IMG/VR virus record: IMGVR_UViG_3300033997_000136
Span: 1 to 64,000 of that record
Direction: 5' to 3' (one strand)
Length of the DNA: 64,000 nt
Within the stretch, counting starts at the first letter, position 1, and each line of letters starts with the position of its first letter. Positions 48,209 to 57,191 of this stretch are shown in pieces. The position numbers and the translations under genes were made by a program. The notes beneath the pieces were generated by a model. It was not told where the DNA came from and ran no database searches. It was given only the letters and a program-made list of their open reading frames with translations.

Positions 48209-48985
48209 ATGTCAAAAACATCACACGGTAAAATCATTGCATTTGAAGGCCCTGATTTTGTTGGTAAAACAACACTGATATCTGTGGTAAGTGAACATTT
48301 AACAAGTTTAGGTTTTATTGTTCGCGTATTCAGACAACCCGGTGGTACACCGTTTGCTGAAAAATTGAGAACTCTGATGTTAGAAAAGTCAGACACACCA
48401 GCGAACGCTATCGAAATGGCAGCGTGCATGGGTGCATCTCGAATCATTGCAGGACCAACCATTCATGAGTTCGTAAGTGAAAGTGAATTTCATATCGCAT
48501 TAGTTGACCGTTGGTCACTATCAAATCGCATTTATCAATTGTCGCAACAAATAGCTCGGGTTAAACTTAACCCTACGTTTGAAGAATGCAGCATTTTGCA
48601 ACACTTGGCTAAAATCATTACTGATTTAAACCACTGTACGCAACTTCACAGTGATGCGTTAGTGACTATCGTCTTAGATGAAGACGATGCGATTTTAGAT
48701 GAACGTAAAGCGCAAAGCACTCGCACTGATGTTCGGATGAAAGCCTTGGGAGATGTGTTTACAAAAACAATGCGTGAAATGTATCGTGCTTCGTTTAAAG
48801 AACCAGATTCCCACACATTTGACGACGTATTCTTAGGTTCTCCACATCACTTGTTTTTAGGTAATGCGATTCATGTCCACAGCGGTACACGCGGACTGAT
48901 GGAAGTACAATACACTGAGCAGTGGAATGAAAATACTCAGTGGGTGATTCAATTACTTAATCAGGTCAAGTTACTCAACAAATGA
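48209..48985 (+). CDS. tmk: Thymidylate (dTMP) kinase-like protein
   Basis: P-loop FEGPDFVGKTT, RQPGGT (REPGGT equivalent), LVDRW. Confidence 0.85.
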   Translation: MSKTSHGKIIAFEGPDFVGKTTLISVVSEHLTSLGFIVRVFRQPGGTPFAEKLRTLMLEKSDTPANAIEMAACMGASRIIAGPTIHEFVSESEFHIALVDRWSLSNRIYQLSQQIARVKLNPTFEECSILQHLAKIITDLNHCTQLHSDALVTIVLDEDDAILDERKAQSTRTDVRMKALGDVFTKTMREMYRASFKEPDSHTFDDVFLGSPHHLFLGNAIHVHSGTRGLMEVQYTEQWNENTQWVIQLLNQVKLLNK

Positions 48986-48995
48986 GGTCTTACGA

Positions 48996-50369
48996 ATGTT
49001 TTCAAGTATTGAAGCATTTCTACGTAATCAACCGCATAAAGGGCTTCACACAGAAGCCCTTGTTACGATTACTTACAATCAACCTAAAGTAAACAGGTTG
49101 TATGAATCTATCGCGCAACTTCACAGTGAGATTGATTGGTTGTGTACAAAACCATCGTACAGCAACGGATTAAGTTTACAGAAATTTGGATGCACTGTAA
49201 ACGAGTTCGAATGTGCAAGGCAGTATGAATTTGGTTCAAGCTTTGAGAGACGTCCTTTAGTACAGTTTCAAAAACCTGAACTAACTTCAATGGATATCTA
49301 TCCACAGATTCCATATCACGAAACACATCATGTGCTTCAGTATTCAAAAGAGACACTTCACGATATGTATTTGGCGTATCGTTCCCAAGTGTACACAACA
49401 CGACACCCTCACGATTGGAAAGAAGCGTTGTGGGTGCGATTACTTGATGCAAATTTCCATGCGTACAATAATGCTGAATACGCGTTAGCTGATATCTTAG
49501 TTAAAGGGTCAGTACGAGGAATGGTGTGTGAATGGTTTGACTATGATGTCTATCGTGAGTACATGGATTCACCCAATACAGTTTCAAACCTGAAACTCGT
49601 AGAGAAATTCCTATCTGGTGAAAACCCATCTCTTTCATGGGTAGGGTCGTTGTTTCCTACTGCTATTTATAGTGGACATTCCATTGTAGGTCCAAACCGT
49701 CTGGATTTCTTAACCGATAAAGAGATTGAACTGTATCGATTATTAAATCGCACTGGGTATCGTCAACTTACACTGCAAAACACATTGATGTTAACTACGT
49801 TTCCCTATGAAGCGATGCTAAACGTTATTTGTATTGGTGAACGGGATGATAAGTTCTTTGCATCTCATTTAAAATGCGTAGATGAATCTATTGCAGATAA
49901 CAGCAGTGATATTCTTGTTCGTTATGACAAATCACTGGGTGTTATTGATGGGGATTGGTATCTAGACGTAACTCGCTTACAAAGCGCTGTGCTAGTCCAT
50001 GGTGTTTATAAAACGACACTAGGTAAGAAACCATTCAATTGCTTTGACTACACATTTACTCTAAAAGGTGACGTTCTTTATTTGGAAGTTCAGTTACCTA
50101 ATGGATTTGATGATATCTCATTATTTCATCACGTCTATCGAGCAAATGTGTTACTTCATCGAATCACACAATACTTAGGGTTAGTGTTTGGTGAATCTAC
50201 GGTAGTCGCACGTGGTGTCACTGTAGATTACTCAGTCGAATGGAATCTTTTACATGAGTCTGCTGAGCTTTTGTTAAAGCCTTTAGAATCCTCTGTAACA
50301 AGTTTCTATGAAACAAGTACAGTGTGTTACCCTCCTTCTGATAACTTAACAAATGTAGAATGTGAATAG
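48996..50369 (+). CDS. Hypothetical protein (accessory)
   Basis: 457 aa; GAGG SD; no motif recognised. Confidence 0.7.
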   Translation: MFSSIEAFLRNQPHKGLHTEALVTITYNQPKVNRLYESIAQLHSEIDWLCTKPSYSNGLSLQKFGCTVNEFECARQYEFGSSFERRPLVQFQKPELTSMDIYPQIPYHETHHVLQYSKETLHDMYLAYRSQVYTTRHPHDWKEALWVRLLDANFHAYNNAEYALADILVKGSVRGMVCEWFDYDVYREYMDSPNTVSNLKLVEKFLSGENPSLSWVGSLFPTAIYSGHSIVGPNRLDFLTDKEIELYRLLNRTGYRQLTLQNTLMLTTFPYEAMLNVICIGERDDKFFASHLKCVDESIADNSSDILVRYDKSLGVIDGDWYLDVTRLQSAVLVHGVYKTTLGKKPFNCFDYTFTLKGDVLYLEVQLPNGFDDISLFHHVYRANVLLHRITQYLGLVFGESTVVARGVTVDYSVEWNLLHESAELLLKPLESSVTSFYETSTVCYPPSDNLTNVECE

Positions 50370-50434
50370 GGAGCTTCGTGCTCCCTCCTCATATGACGGA
50401 AACGTCATTCACTTTTATTTTTTGTTTATTTTTT
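50369..50434 (+). terminator. Tandem hairpins plus double U-tract
   Basis: gggagc-ttcgt-gctccc, ctcctc linker, atgacg-gaaa-cgtcat, then ttttattttttgtttattttttg. Confidence 0.6.
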
Positions 50435-50450
50435 GCATAAGGAGATTCTT

Positions 50451-50792
50451 ATGCTTTTTTGGCGGGATAACACTTTGTTCGTAATACGCACATTTGATGG
50501 GATATGCACGTGGTTGTTCCTTGTGTTTACACTTGGATTAACAATCACCTATGTGAACATTATTAGTGCAGAGATAGCTCACGTTGTAACTGCAATGTGT
50601 GCCATTGTTTATTTCTCTGTTCGAATGATTATTCACACCTATCGATTGATATTTGTCCTTTATGGCACAAGTTACCCACGTGAACGTTTATACGTCATGT
50701 TGTCGTTACTTGTGTATCCATTTTTATTGTATTCAACAATCATTAAGCGAGTAACGAATACTCGAAGGATGAAACATGAGCACTCTCCCTAA
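50451..50792 (+). CDS. Small multi-pass membrane protein
   Basis: TAAGGAG SD then ATG 50451; three hydrophobic segments; basic C-terminus. Confidence 0.7.
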   Translation: MLFWRDNTLFVIRTFDGICTWLFLVFTLGLTITYVNIISAEIAHVVTAMCAIVYFSVRMIIHTYRLIFVLYGTSYPRERLYVMLSLLVYPFLLYSTIIKRVTNTRRMKHEHSP

Positions 50793-50985
50793 TTCAACGA
50801 CTCCAGCAAAAACAACTGCACCACCGACCACAACGTCTGCGGAGACTCAGTTCCCCAAAGCAATCAGTGATGCACAGTTTAAAACGGCGTTACCTGTTGT
50901 CGATGTAGGTAAGTTACGCAAACTCACACAGAGTGCGTTTAATTCATCACCTTACGTTAATTCAGTGATGGGAAACACCAAGTGA
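50776..50985 (+). CDS. Small hypothetical protein (T/P-rich N-terminus)
   Basis: 69 aa; AAGGA SD; overlaps the previous stop. Confidence 0.55.
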   Translation: MSTLPNSTTPAKTTAPPTTTSAETQFPKAISDAQFKTALPVVDVGKLRKLTQSAFNSSPYVNSVMGNTK

Positions 50986-51125
50986 AACAAAGTGAAAAGA
51001 AACGACGCGAATTACAATCCACACTGGCTAAGCTTCAAGCGATTAAGCCACGTACTGACTCTGTCGTTGAAAGTATACGTATGGTTCAGATGGAAATCCA
51101 ATTGTTAAGACAACGACGCATATAA
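50982..51125 (+). CDS. 47-aa basic coiled-coil peptide (not in the ORF track)
   Basis: GTGA coupling with the previous stop; MKQSEKKRRELQSTLAKLQAIKPRTDSVVESIRMVQMEIQLLRQRRI; ends 1 nt before a terminator. Confidence 0.55.
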   Translation: MKQSEKKRRELQSTLAKLQAIKPRTDSVVESIRMVQMEIQLLRQRRI

Positions 51126-51126
51126 C

Positions 51127-51183
51127 CATGACTGTAGTGGCAAATGCCACTACAGTCATGTATGCTCATTATGAGCATTTTAT
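51127..51183. terminator. Bidirectional terminator region with two hairpins
   Basis: catgactgtagtggc-aaat-gccactacagtcatg (15 bp), then atgctca-tta-tgagcat and ttttt. Confidence 0.75.
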
Positions 51184-52709
51184 TAATCCCAACTAATCGC
51201 TCCAGCAGAGGCGTTTTCTAATCGATAGATACCACGGTCTTCACCATTGATGTCATCAGGAATATACCCGACTTCAGCAAATGGTAAGAAGAAATGACGA
51301 TGTTCAACAGCGGTGTCTTTTGGTGTACGGTGTTTACCACGATGCACTGCAAGATACGCTTTATTGTTGTGCCTTACAATATCTAAGAAAATCTCTAAGT
51401 CAGCTTCGTTAGCAATCCGTCGTGAAGCATCCCAGTAGTTCTTAGACGCAATCTCCGCTACAAAGTTAGCAACCCCACTACGTTTTACTGTCATCGCTTC
51501 TTGTGATAACTGGTGTGGTGTTACAAACAGAATATCACGAGCCAACATAAAGAGACGTACAGTTTGGAATAACATACGAACTTCTTCACCAGCTACACCA
51601 CCTTGCATTCCTTTCTTATTAATAAGTGCTAAGTAGTCAAAGTAGATGGCTTGTACATCATACCCTTCAGATTCTTTCTCAATGATGAAGTTAAACAAAT
51701 CCATCGCTGTGAAGTTATTCGAATCCAGTAAGAACATCTCCACATGAAAACCAGTAGCCTGTAAACGACTACTAATGTAATCCGCAGCTTCTTGTGGGTC
51801 AATGTCACGTAGATTAACCGCAACACCTGTTTCATTCTCTTTCAGAGCAATGTACATCCGAACTAAATCTTCTTCTGCACGGTTTTCTGATGAGAAATAA
51901 AAGATAGCAGGTTTCTTTTCTGGGTCTTCTACTTCTGGTGTATTGTAGATACATGCATGACGGAATAAGTCATGAACAAAACCTGATTTGTAGTTGTGCG
52001 TTAACGCACCCACAAGTACAGTCATCCCGCGACGGAAGTTGCCAGCATCACCCAACATCTTGTTGACTTTCTGCCACCCTGATTTAAAACCACCCTTACC
52101 TGTATTCTCTTCTTTTGCTTTAGCGATGATATCTGCAAGTGAAGAGGGGTCAGACATGCTGGCTTGGTTTAGAATAAAACTTTTAGCCTGTGGAGACATC
52201 TTGTTTGAATAACTTTCAATTTCCACTAAAACTTCTTCACGAAGTGCTTGCCAATTCTGTTCAGCACCTTGGTAGAACAATTTGCGATAGGCTTTATTGA
52301 TAGCGTCTTTAAATCCCATCAAATCTAAGTACGCGTGCAGCTCTTCACGAAGCTTCTTTGCTATCCGCTGTAAGTGAGCAGGTTCTAATTCTAAATACTT
52401 CTGGATAGGTTCTAATGCTTCGTACAACGTCAAATCCTGACCAACGTCTACACGAAGTTGTTGCATCACTAACTCAACCTCAAACCCTTCTCGGCTTTTA
52501 TTGGTGGCTAGTTCATAAATGGTTTGACGGATATTCATAATGGCGAAACGACCGACATCCGTTTCACTCACTTGCTCAGGTAGTTTTAATTTTTCTAAAC
52601 AGCGAAGAATAAGGTCTGTGGATTTGAATTCACCACCTGTTAATTTGTTCTCACAGATAAGAAGAGTAGCTGCTTTGACAAGAATCGATTTGGTATCCAT
52701 GAATAACAT
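51183..52709 (-). CDS. dnaB: DnaB-like replicative helicase (phiKZ gp118-like)
   Basis: Variant Walker A VGALTHNYKSGF, FSSEN, YFDYLAL, TPHQLS, EADL, HRGKHR. Confidence 0.9.
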   Translation of the reverse strand: MLFMDTKSILVKAATLLICENKLTGGEFKSTDLILRCLEKLKLPEQVSETDVGRFAIMNIRQTIYELATNKSREGFEVELVMQQLRVDVGQDLTLYEALEPIQKYLELEPAHLQRIAKKLREELHAYLDLMGFKDAINKAYRKLFYQGAEQNWQALREEVLVEIESYSNKMSPQAKSFILNQASMSDPSSLADIIAKAKEENTGKGGFKSGWQKVNKMLGDAGNFRRGMTVLVGALTHNYKSGFVHDLFRHACIYNTPEVEDPEKKPAIFYFSSENRAEEDLVRMYIALKENETGVAVNLRDIDPQEAADYISSRLQATGFHVEMFLLDSNNFTAMDLFNFIIEKESEGYDVQAIYFDYLALINKKGMQGGVAGEEVRMLFQTVRLFMLARDILFVTPHQLSQEAMTVKRSGVANFVAEIASKNYWDASRRIANEADLEIFLDIVRHNNKAYLAVHRGKHRTPKDTAVEHRHFFLPFAEVGYIPDDINGEDRGIYRLENASAGAISWD

Positions 52710-52733
52710 CCATTGCGTTCAGATAGTAATTAG

Positions 52734-52745
52734 TATGAGTCTATG
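52734..52745 (+). promoter_or_regulatory. Putative late promoter (position equivalent to phiKZ P119L)
   Basis: Two TATG cores (52734 and 52742) in the divergent DnaB / gp119-like gap. Confidence 0.5.
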
Positions 52746-52800
52746 ACATTTACGTCTATAAAATCATCTGGGTGTGTATTTTTTTAAATGGAGCAACTTT

Positions 52801-53598
52801 ATGCGTCTTCTTTATATACCGTCCTGGCTTGCTGATACGCTTCGAAATGCAGAACAACCCTTAAGTGTGTTGTTAAACCCAGCTGAGATAACAAAGTACG
52901 TTTCTCGCTCTGATTTGATTCAAGTGTATTCTGCCACCAGTTTTTTTGACCACTACATCTATCACAAAGGATTTAGTGATGCAGTTCGTCATGAGTATTC
53001 CTATTCACCTGGGAATGTGAATCACGCAGCAGAACAAAACTACTTATCAGATTCAAGTGCAAATAGTTGCACACTGGTTCATCCTTCTGGTGTTCGTAGT
53101 GAAATCAATCGTGTTTACGCACATGCAATTAACAGAGCATTTAACGTACCTCTTTATTTTGGTGGTATGTTGGTTGATACACCGTACTACAATGATTTTA
53201 TAGTAGCAGATAAACGCCTTCACCATGAATATGAAGATGTGTTTAATTACGAACCCCATTTTCGTGGTGGTGCTCGTTTTGTTGCTAATCTGTTCAAATT
53301 ACTTACCGCTGACGTAGTTGGTTTTAATTTAGATACAGATACCTTTTATTATGACATTGTCCAACTTTCAGCAGACACGTTTGGTATTGTACCTAAACGT
53401 AAACTGCGAGAAGCAGACGGTGGCGTGGTGAAGCATGTGTCACTTTTCGACATGGAAAAAGTAAGCTTTGCTTTACTTGTCGATGAATTGACACGTTTAT
53501 CATATGTTCATAAACCCTCACTCTCAGCTTTACATGAAGTTGAGATGTTAAGTTTATGGATTGAACAGTTACCACTCGTTAGCCAACTATCAGCTTAA
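52801..53598 (+). CDS. Minor capsid/virion protein (phiKZ gp119-like)
   Basis: GGAG SD then ATG 52801; directly upstream of MCP. Confidence 0.65.
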   Translation: MRLLYIPSWLADTLRNAEQPLSVLLNPAEITKYVSRSDLIQVYSATSFFDHYIYHKGFSDAVRHEYSYSPGNVNHAAEQNYLSDSSANSCTLVHPSGVRSEINRVYAHAINRAFNVPLYFGGMLVDTPYYNDFIVADKRLHHEYEDVFNYEPHFRGGARFVANLFKLLTADVVGFNLDTDTFYYDIVQLSADTFGIVPKRKLREADGGVVKHVSLFDMEKVSFALLVDELTRLSYVHKPSLSALHEVEMLSLWIEQLPLVSQLSA

Positions 53599-53675
53599 GT
53601 GGGTAACTACTGTAACCAATGGTATAGTGGGTTATCCACTACGATATTTTTACTTTTCTGCGCAAGGAAAATAAC

Positions 53676-55859
53676 ATGAGTACAAAACAACGTTTCTCCA
53701 AAGCTTTATCAGCAATGCTGGGTCGAGTGGAAGAATCCCTGAAACAAAATGCACCGCAATTCCAGGACAAGTTTTACAGTGCAATGACACTGCAAAGCGA
53801 CGCCGCCAACTTCGACGATGAAGAGCTGAAAAACACTCAGACTTCTATTGCTGAAGAGCTGGTGACTATGGCCAACGAAGTCGATGCCGAGTTAATCGAA
53901 AAAGACGAACTTGAGCCACTGACTGTTCAATCTGCCGCTATCAAAGCTGGTCTGATGATTTCTGCATTATACGGCAACACCAACGCTGCTGGTAAATATG
54001 CTAAAGCCGCATTAACCAACAGAAAGACTGGTGATGACGTTATCACGTTACAAAGCATCCAGTTTGGTCCTGGTGGTGAAGTTGAAGTAGCACGTCATGG
54101 TGACTACACGCAACAATCATTCGACAACAACGAACTGGGTAAATACATTCCACGTTCAGTATTGTTTAACGTGTTAGCCAGCCGCCAAGACCGTTTCGGT
54201 GAAGCATGGTTCCCAACTCACGTTATGGCTCCATCAGAATCAGGTTTAGCGATCACTGTTGAGCGTCAGGAAGTCATCAGCTTCGCTACTCGCGATGCCA
54301 ATGGTAAGCCAATCTCTATCCCGCGTAAATCGCTGGTGAAAGCATTTAAAGACCACAAAATTTTAAGCCGCCCTTCTACTGAGCTGGTGCCGTTTGTTTC
54401 TGCTGAAAACGACGTGTACATGATTGACGAAGCGCTGGTCGGTAACCGCAACTTCCCAGTTGGCGATGCGAACATCGTAACTCGTCCGCTGAAAATCGGC
54501 ACTGAAGTAAACATGTTGGGTGTGTCTAACTCTCCAACTCTGTTACAAGGTGGTGTGTTAAACACGACTGACGAAATGGCCGTGGGTGGTGGCGTAAAAG
54601 CACTGTACGTATCTTTCACAGATGGTACTGCTACTGAAGTATTCAGCTTCAACACTGAAATGGCTTCACGTAACCAATTCAACCCAGCGCCGCAAGGCAA
54701 AGACCGTGACATTCAGTTAATGATGCCTGCGGTAACGTTGATTCTGGATAAGAACAGCAAACTGCACAGCGACGTTGACTCTACTTTGTTAGCCCGTATC
54801 AAAACGGATGACCTGGTTGTTAAGTTAACTGTAGCAGTCACTGGTTACGGTTCTCTGCAAACTTCAAACGTTGTGGTCAACGCTGCCAAAATCAACGTGG
54901 TTGAAGTGGTCAACGCTGCCAAAGAAAGCCTGCCTCTGGGTGATGGTGTAGGTAAAGAAATCGCTGATTTAATCAACGGTTTAGCACCACAAGCAATCGC
55001 ATGGGACCCAATGTTCCGTCGTTCAAACACCAACTGGCGTACTCTGGGTGACTTAGTTGATGTATCATCTTACAGCATGATCATCGACGTACAACCAGGC
55101 TACCCACTGGCAGTTATCAGTTCTACTGAAGAAGAACAACACGGTATGAAGTTAGCTGGTATCATTAACGCTAACCGTGCTCGTACTTCAAACTCAGCAG
55201 TAACTACACTGATTAACTACGTAGACCACTTAGGTGCACAAACCGAAGCTCTGCGTCGTGGTGTGGATGTTGATATCGCAGGTCAAGGTAAGTGGTTAAT
55301 CACTCCGTACCATGCTGAAGTGAACTGTGACGTTGTAGACCGCGTTCGTAACCGTCGTAGCGGTGAGTTAGTGCAAGATATTTGCTGGGTACTGGTAGAT
55401 GCTATCCGTGACGCAGCGTATCAGATGTACACTGAATCACAATACGGTACTGTGTTGGAAATGGTGACTGGTTCTCCAGACATGAAACCAACTATCGTTA
55501 TCGGTTGTGACCCAATCACTGAACGTTACTTAAACATCGCTGGCGATACTCGTCTGCTGGGTGATAAGTTTGATGTTCAGGTTGTGTCTACTTACGACGA
55601 CCGTATGTATGACAACGCTGTCGACGAACGTACTCTGTACATGTCATTCACTCGTAAACAGCCAGGTCACTTAGACTGCGCTGGTTTTGGTACTTTCGCT
55701 ATCATTCCTGAAATGATGCAGAAGATCACCATGGACCGTGATGGCACCACTTATACGCAAGACCGCGTGATTCCTCGTCAAATGCACGTACCGGTATTAC
55801 CGTGTGCAACCAAAATGACGATTAAGAACCTGTCTGCTGCTGTAAACGGTCAGATTTAA
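53676..55859 (+). CDS. Major capsid protein precursor (phiKZ gp120-like)
   Basis: 727 aa; SVLFNVLASRQDRFGEAWFPT, RPLKIG, WDPMFRRSNTNWR; very strong codon bias; propeptide of about 147 aa. Confidence 0.92.
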   Translation: MSTKQRFSKALSAMLGRVEESLKQNAPQFQDKFYSAMTLQSDAANFDDEELKNTQTSIAEELVTMANEVDAELIEKDELEPLTVQSAAIKAGLMISALYGNTNAAGKYAKAALTNRKTGDDVITLQSIQFGPGGEVEVARHGDYTQQSFDNNELGKYIPRSVLFNVLASRQDRFGEAWFPTHVMAPSESGLAITVERQEVISFATRDANGKPISIPRKSLVKAFKDHKILSRPSTELVPFVSAENDVYMIDEALVGNRNFPVGDANIVTRPLKIGTEVNMLGVSNSPTLLQGGVLNTTDEMAVGGGVKALYVSFTDGTATEVFSFNTEMASRNQFNPAPQGKDRDIQLMMPAVTLILDKNSKLHSDVDSTLLARIKTDDLVVKLTVAVTGYGSLQTSNVVVNAAKINVVEVVNAAKESLPLGDGVGKEIADLINGLAPQAIAWDPMFRRSNTNWRTLGDLVDVSSYSMIIDVQPGYPLAVISSTEEEQHGMKLAGIINANRARTSNSAVTTLINYVDHLGAQTEALRRGVDVDIAGQGKWLITPYHAEVNCDVVDRVRNRRSGELVQDICWVLVDAIRDAAYQMYTESQYGTVLEMVTGSPDMKPTIVIGCDPITERYLNIAGDTRLLGDKFDVQVVSTYDDRMYDNAVDERTLYMSFTRKQPGHLDCAGFGTFAIIPEMMQKITMDRDGTTYTQDRVIPRQMHVPVLPCATKMTIKNLSAAVNGQI

Positions 55860-55897
55860 TTATCTAACCGCAACACATGAATCCATGTGTGTATAAG

Positions 55898-55940
55898 GAG
55901 GAGGGCTAACGCCCTCCTCTTTATGCGTCTTTTTTTTTTT
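55898..55940 (+). terminator. Terminator after MCP
   Basis: gaggagggc-taac-gccctcctc then a T11 run; smaller hairpin cacatg-aatc-catgtg just upstream. Confidence 0.75.
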
Positions 55941-55952
55941 CGAAAGTTTTTG

Positions 55953-55973
55953 AAACATACATTATAAAGGTGA
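55953..55973 (+). promoter_or_regulatory. Putative early promoter motif, copy 5
   Basis: aaacatacattataaaggtga upstream of the operon containing nvRNAP beta N-half. Confidence 0.65.
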
Positions 55974-56023
55974 CATTAACAATAATAAACCCTTCGTTTA
56001 TTTTAGTATTCAGGATTCAGGCG

Positions 56024-57136
56024 ATGGAAGATGATGCGCTATTAACCGAATTTAATCTAACGTACAGATTAGCCACAACAATTACAGGTTATTCAACGGT
56101 AGATGCAAAACAAACACAAGTCAGTAAAACCGTCAATTATCACAACCACAGCACGGAGATAGTAAACGTTGTAGAACGTTCAGGGCTTCATTTTAGATTA
56201 TTACCAAGCGACGTCTGTACAGGTCGCTTCATTGTGACTATCACCTACATGGTCACGGCACGTGCACATATTGACCCAACGCACGATATTTCTGAAGAAT
56301 TACTTTCCAAAAAGAAAAACATCTCTGCTGAGGAGGAAGCTTTATTATCACCTGTTGAACATGCACGTAAATCACACAACCATGGTCGTGGTGGTCGTTC
56401 ACATACGTTTACTGTAGAGTACACGTATTCATTGACAGACTTATTACGAAATACAGTCAAAGGGTTGTACCTTGATGAGACTGACCTTGTTGTAACGGTA
56501 GGTGACTTTACAGAAGACTCACCACGTCATCCATTCTCAACAGAAGGACGTCGACGTGAATTAATCTGTACAATGTCTTACCAACACACACAACGTTCTA
56601 TGTACCATGTTGTGCGACTTGTATGTAATTCAGGTGAATTCACTGGGCAGTACATGAACATCGCAGGAGACATTTGCTTTGTTCCTTCGATTAAATCACC
56701 GACTGAACAAAATGGTGTGTACATCTACACAGGTCAAGAAGTTCATTCTGTTGTACGTCCAAAAATAGAATACTACACGTATGAGGAAGCGCGTAAGAAA
56801 TTTGGAATGTATGAAACACGTGAGCTTTGTGAGAACGTTCAGAAAATGCTTACTGCTGAACATGAGCTTCGCATGTCGGAACTTAAAGTTCAGTTAGAAG
56901 AAACTAAAATGAACGCGGAACAGCAAAAGCAGAAATACGAAGCTGAGTCGCTAAAGCGTAAACAGGAACATGAGGAGTATAAAGAACAACTTGAGAAAGA
57001 AGCTGCTCGTCGTAAAGATGAATACGAGCGTCGGTCTGTTGTTCGTAAAGATGATTCTGAAACTTGGAAAATGACCACGGTTGTTGTAGGTAGTGCGTTA
57101 GCAATTGGTGGGCTTATTTTCAAAGCAATGAAATAA
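56024..57136 (+). CDS. Conserved core protein with C-terminal coiled coil and hydrophobic tip (phiKZ gp122-like)
   Basis: CAGGA SD then ATG 56024; E/K/R-rich coil then VVVGSALAIGGLIF. Confidence 0.68.
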   Translation: MEDDALLTEFNLTYRLATTITGYSTVDAKQTQVSKTVNYHNHSTEIVNVVERSGLHFRLLPSDVCTGRFIVTITYMVTARAHIDPTHDISEELLSKKKNISAEEEALLSPVEHARKSHNHGRGGRSHTFTVEYTYSLTDLLRNTVKGLYLDETDLVVTVGDFTEDSPRHPFSTEGRRRELICTMSYQHTQRSMYHVVRLVCNSGEFTGQYMNIAGDICFVPSIKSPTEQNGVYIYTGQEVHSVVRPKIEYYTYEEARKKFGMYETRELCENVQKMLTAEHELRMSELKVQLEETKMNAEQQKQKYEAESLKRKQEHEEYKEQLEKEAARRKDEYERRSVVRKDDSETWKMTTVVVGSALAIGGLIFKAMK

Positions 57137-57191
57137 ACATTTACATGGGATGATAATATTCTGCAACCAGTATAATGAAAGAGAGCAACAC

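Noticed and set aside
48330-54119. Glu-to-Gln swaps (xxE to xxQ sites, Tmk REPG to RQPG) as a sign of CAA/CAG codon reassignment
   Set aside because: Conserved Gln residues use the same codons (MCP SRQD CAA, Dcd SQLV CAG, DnaB HQLS CAG), and conserved Glu motifs use GAA/GAG. The standard code fits all ORFs.
55930-55940. T11 homopolymer as a phase-variation or slippage site
   Set aside because: It is intergenic and directly follows the MCP terminator hairpin, so it is best read as the U-tract.
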